NCBI GenBank assembly: GCA_002633005.1
Contig: NMRA01000128.1
Location: 669,482 to 733,481 of the forward strand
Length of the DNA stretch: 64,000 nt
Direction: 5' to 3'
Origin: Phoronis australis
Taxonomy: Eukaryota; Animalia; Phoronida
A program made the translations under genes and the position numbers. The notes beneath the pieces are model-generated. The model did no database searches, was not told where the DNA came from, and saw only the letters and a list, made by a program, of their open reading frames with translations. This document shows positions 63,901-64,000 of the stretch, in pieces. Every line of letters starts with the position of its first letter. Position 1 is the stretch's first letter.

Positions 63901-64000
63901 GTCGTACTGAGAAGTGACTTGGTGTGACTTGGCCTTAAATTGAACATCTGCGACTGATGAGCATTTGTCTTTCAGAGGTGGGCGACCATTTTGAAACTCT
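27950..64000 (+). CDS. UBR1/UBR2: E3 ubiquitin-protein ligase UBR1/UBR2 orthologue (N-recognin), 3' incomplete
   Basis: Phase-consistent exons: 27950-28012 (donor uncertain), 30480-30629, 31404-31601, 32590-32703, 33671-33862, 34068-34145, 35968-36154, 37722-37863, 38247-38298, 38565-38663, 41276-41357, 42049-42127, 42970-43075, 43331-43459, 44384-44477, 45147-45292, 45753-46110, 46651-46775, 47513-47565, 48125-48227, 48471-48519, 49782-49936, 50241-50325, 50435-50777, 51244-51399, 52525-52665, 53001-53165, 54912-55006, 56266-56386, 57893-57953, 58807-58894, 60703-60855, 61006-61242, 62261-62336, 62882-63018, 63976->64000. UBR box, ClpS-like domain, RING-H2 and C-terminal PFLRCAA motifs appear in the expected order. 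Confidence 0.95.
28781..30051 (-). mobile_element. Internally deleted Ty1/copia LTR retrotransposon in UBR intron 1 (5' LTR 29729-30051, or ending at 29948; truncated 3' LTR 28781-28939)
   Basis: 159-bp direct repeats with ~2 mismatches. On the minus strand the LTR ends ...CAACA and is followed by the copia PBS GGTTATGGGCCCAG. TSD TGTTT at 28776-28780 and 30052-30056 (alternative 29949-29953). Confidence 0.9.
28940..29755 (-). pseudogene. Copia gag-protease-pre-integrase remnant (contains N gap)
   Basis: Gag [19 protein letters not shown], protease [25 protein letters not shown], and WHKIFGH...MDC. Integrase core, RT and RNase H are absent. Confidence 0.85.
30774..31298. mobile_element. hAT-like MITE
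   Basis: Ends cagggctcga / ttgagccctg with subterminal ggtgacc/gcgac motifs; TSD not evident. Confidence 0.5.
31404..32703 (+). CDS. UBR1/UBR2: UBR exons 3-4: UBR-box zinc finger (31404-31601, 32590-32703)
   Basis: [42 protein letters not shown]|[27 protein letters not shown]. Confidence 0.96.
32712..32915. repeat. ~43-bp minisatellite (5 copies) starting just after the UBR exon 4 donor
   Basis: gttactgtgatgtgagggtgggctgacatctgaagtctcagt units. Confidence 0.8.
33671..36154 (+). CDS. UBR1/UBR2: UBR exons 5-7: ClpS-like N-domain
   Basis: [12 protein letters not shown]|[26 protein letters not shown]|GRSAV. Confidence 0.92.
36330..37481 (+). mobile_element. Degenerate Helentron-associated (DINE/HINE-like) element
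   Basis: Periodic gattttggtgaaacttg cores; the 3' end ccctagaagcat...cgtggatacatttcaac...ctcttgt matches the copies at 40665-40730 and 57552-57614. Confidence 0.5.
36846..37085 (-). mobile_element. 3' tail of an L2/CR1-group LINE or its SINE
   Basis: Minus-strand stem-loop gagggcccccatgg...atggggcaaccctc followed by an (AATAAA/AAATA)n tail. Confidence 0.5.
39420..40730 (+). mobile_element. Helentron-associated non-autonomous element (DINE/HINE-like) with internal tandem core repeats
   Basis: 5' ccgtctgacgtctgtccg tract, periodic tgaaatttgg...ggatggattcgac...cctagtgg units, 3' end gaagcacaccatttgcggagcattcgtgggcacatttcaacgctccacgttgctcttgtt. The 5' boundary is approximate. Confidence 0.65.
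41020..41150. repeat. ~20-bp minisatellite (caagcttgaataatattgca)
   Basis: Visible tandem units. Confidence 0.75.
45753..46110 (+). CDS. UBR1/UBR2: UBR exon 17
   Basis: [52 protein letters not shown], a conserved UBR1/2 block. Confidence 0.95.
46327..46442. repeat. ~18-bp minisatellite (tctagtgctgaggaatg)
   Basis: Visible tandem units. Confidence 0.8.
48507..48712. repeat. ~30-bp minisatellite (7 units) seeded on the UBR exon 21 donor
   Basis: First unit ggtcaggatcaag|gtgagtatgcttca, then gggtcaagatctaggttattacatgtttta-type units. Confidence 0.85.
51244..53165 (+). CDS. UBR1/UBR2: UBR exons 25-27: RING-H2 domain
   Basis: TCILCQEE...[16 protein letters not shown]...[18 protein letters not shown]. 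Confidence 0.95.
51845..51955. repeat. 27-bp minisatellite
   Basis: ctagagtgacgagaccatgcacagtgc units. Confidence 0.75.
53793..53897. mobile_element. Foldback MITE of the same family as 868-985
   Basis: ggcaatagtc...ttttgagaactagttt / aaactggttctcaaaa...gactattgtc. Confidence 0.6.
54020..54199. mobile_element. MITE with 15-bp TIR
   Basis: taattgacctatcgc / gcgataggtcagtta. Confidence 0.55.
54602..54861. mobile_element. PIF/Harbinger-like MITE
   Basis: TIR tggggtctgtttcatgaa / ttcatgaaacaagcccca. Confidence 0.65.
55156..56121. mobile_element. Internally deleted Kolobok DNA transposon with THAP relic (+, ~55400-55640) and KolX-like relic (-, ~55655-55917)
   Basis: TTAA TSD on both sides. 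TIR agtgtacacaacatg / catggtgtgtactgt. THAP: [10 protein letters not shown]..(frameshift)..[19 protein letters not shown]...[12 protein letters not shown] convergent acidic ORF continues after a frameshift as FEPYELDPP...ELRADVSE. Confidence 0.75.
56735..57614 (+). mobile_element. Helentron-associated non-autonomous element, same family as 39420-40730
   Basis: 5' tttttatgcacccacata..tatgtgggtgcata palindrome, shared core repeats, shared 3' end ...gctcttgtt present twice (57052-57114, 57552-57614). Confidence 0.7.
57937..58145. repeat. 53-bp tandem repeat x4 containing the UBR exon 30 end and donor
   Basis: cctgtgattgttatgcg|gtaagtt recurs with GT at 57954, 58007, 58060 and 58113. Confidence 0.95.
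58881..59096. repeat. 72-bp tandem repeat x3 containing the UBR exon 31 end and donor
   Basis: cattcagg(t/c)catag|gtaag recurs with GT at 58895, 58967 and 59039. Confidence 0.95.
63357..63827. mobile_element. Harbinger-like MITE carrying a 69-bp x4 tandem array (63423-63699)
   Basis: TIR gggcctgttacatgaaaagt / acttttcttgaaacagacct. Shares taagaccaaatttct with the 54602 element. Array period 69 (63424, 63493, 63562, 63631). Confidence 0.7.

Noticed and set aside
1-64000. tRNA, rRNA or snRNA genes
   Set aside because: No convincing A/B boxes, cloverleaf or conserved RNA motifs recognised; a covariance-model scan would be needed to exclude snoRNAs.

Overview
Animal (invertebrate-like, AT-rich) nuclear DNA from a draft scaffold with four single-N gaps (6213, 15051, 29566, 39059). 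Three spliced genes can be reconstructed by hand. (1) A minus-strand LAP2/thymopoietin-like inner nuclear membrane gene: one LEM-like exon 1 at 20770-20988, followed by three tandem copies of the exon 2-5 block, each ending in a transmembrane exon. Copies C and B are open; copy A is rearranged. (2) A two-exon Amun-like helix-hairpin-helix gene (26043-27588, minus). (3) Head-to-head with it, a UBR1/UBR2 N-degron E3 ligase (plus strand, 36 exons from 27950, running off the end). Introns and intergenic DNA hold a deleted Ty1/copia element, an internally deleted Kolobok transposon with THAP and KolX relics, Helentron-type and Helitron-like elements, LINE relics, many MITEs and minisatellites. The most notable signals are tandem repeats that repeatedly duplicate UBR 5' splice sites (one giving an in-frame 24-aa extension) and the 'one first exon, several downstream cassettes' layout of the LAP2-like locus, which may partly reflect uncollapsed haplotypes. 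All family assignments come from recalled motifs; no database search was run.
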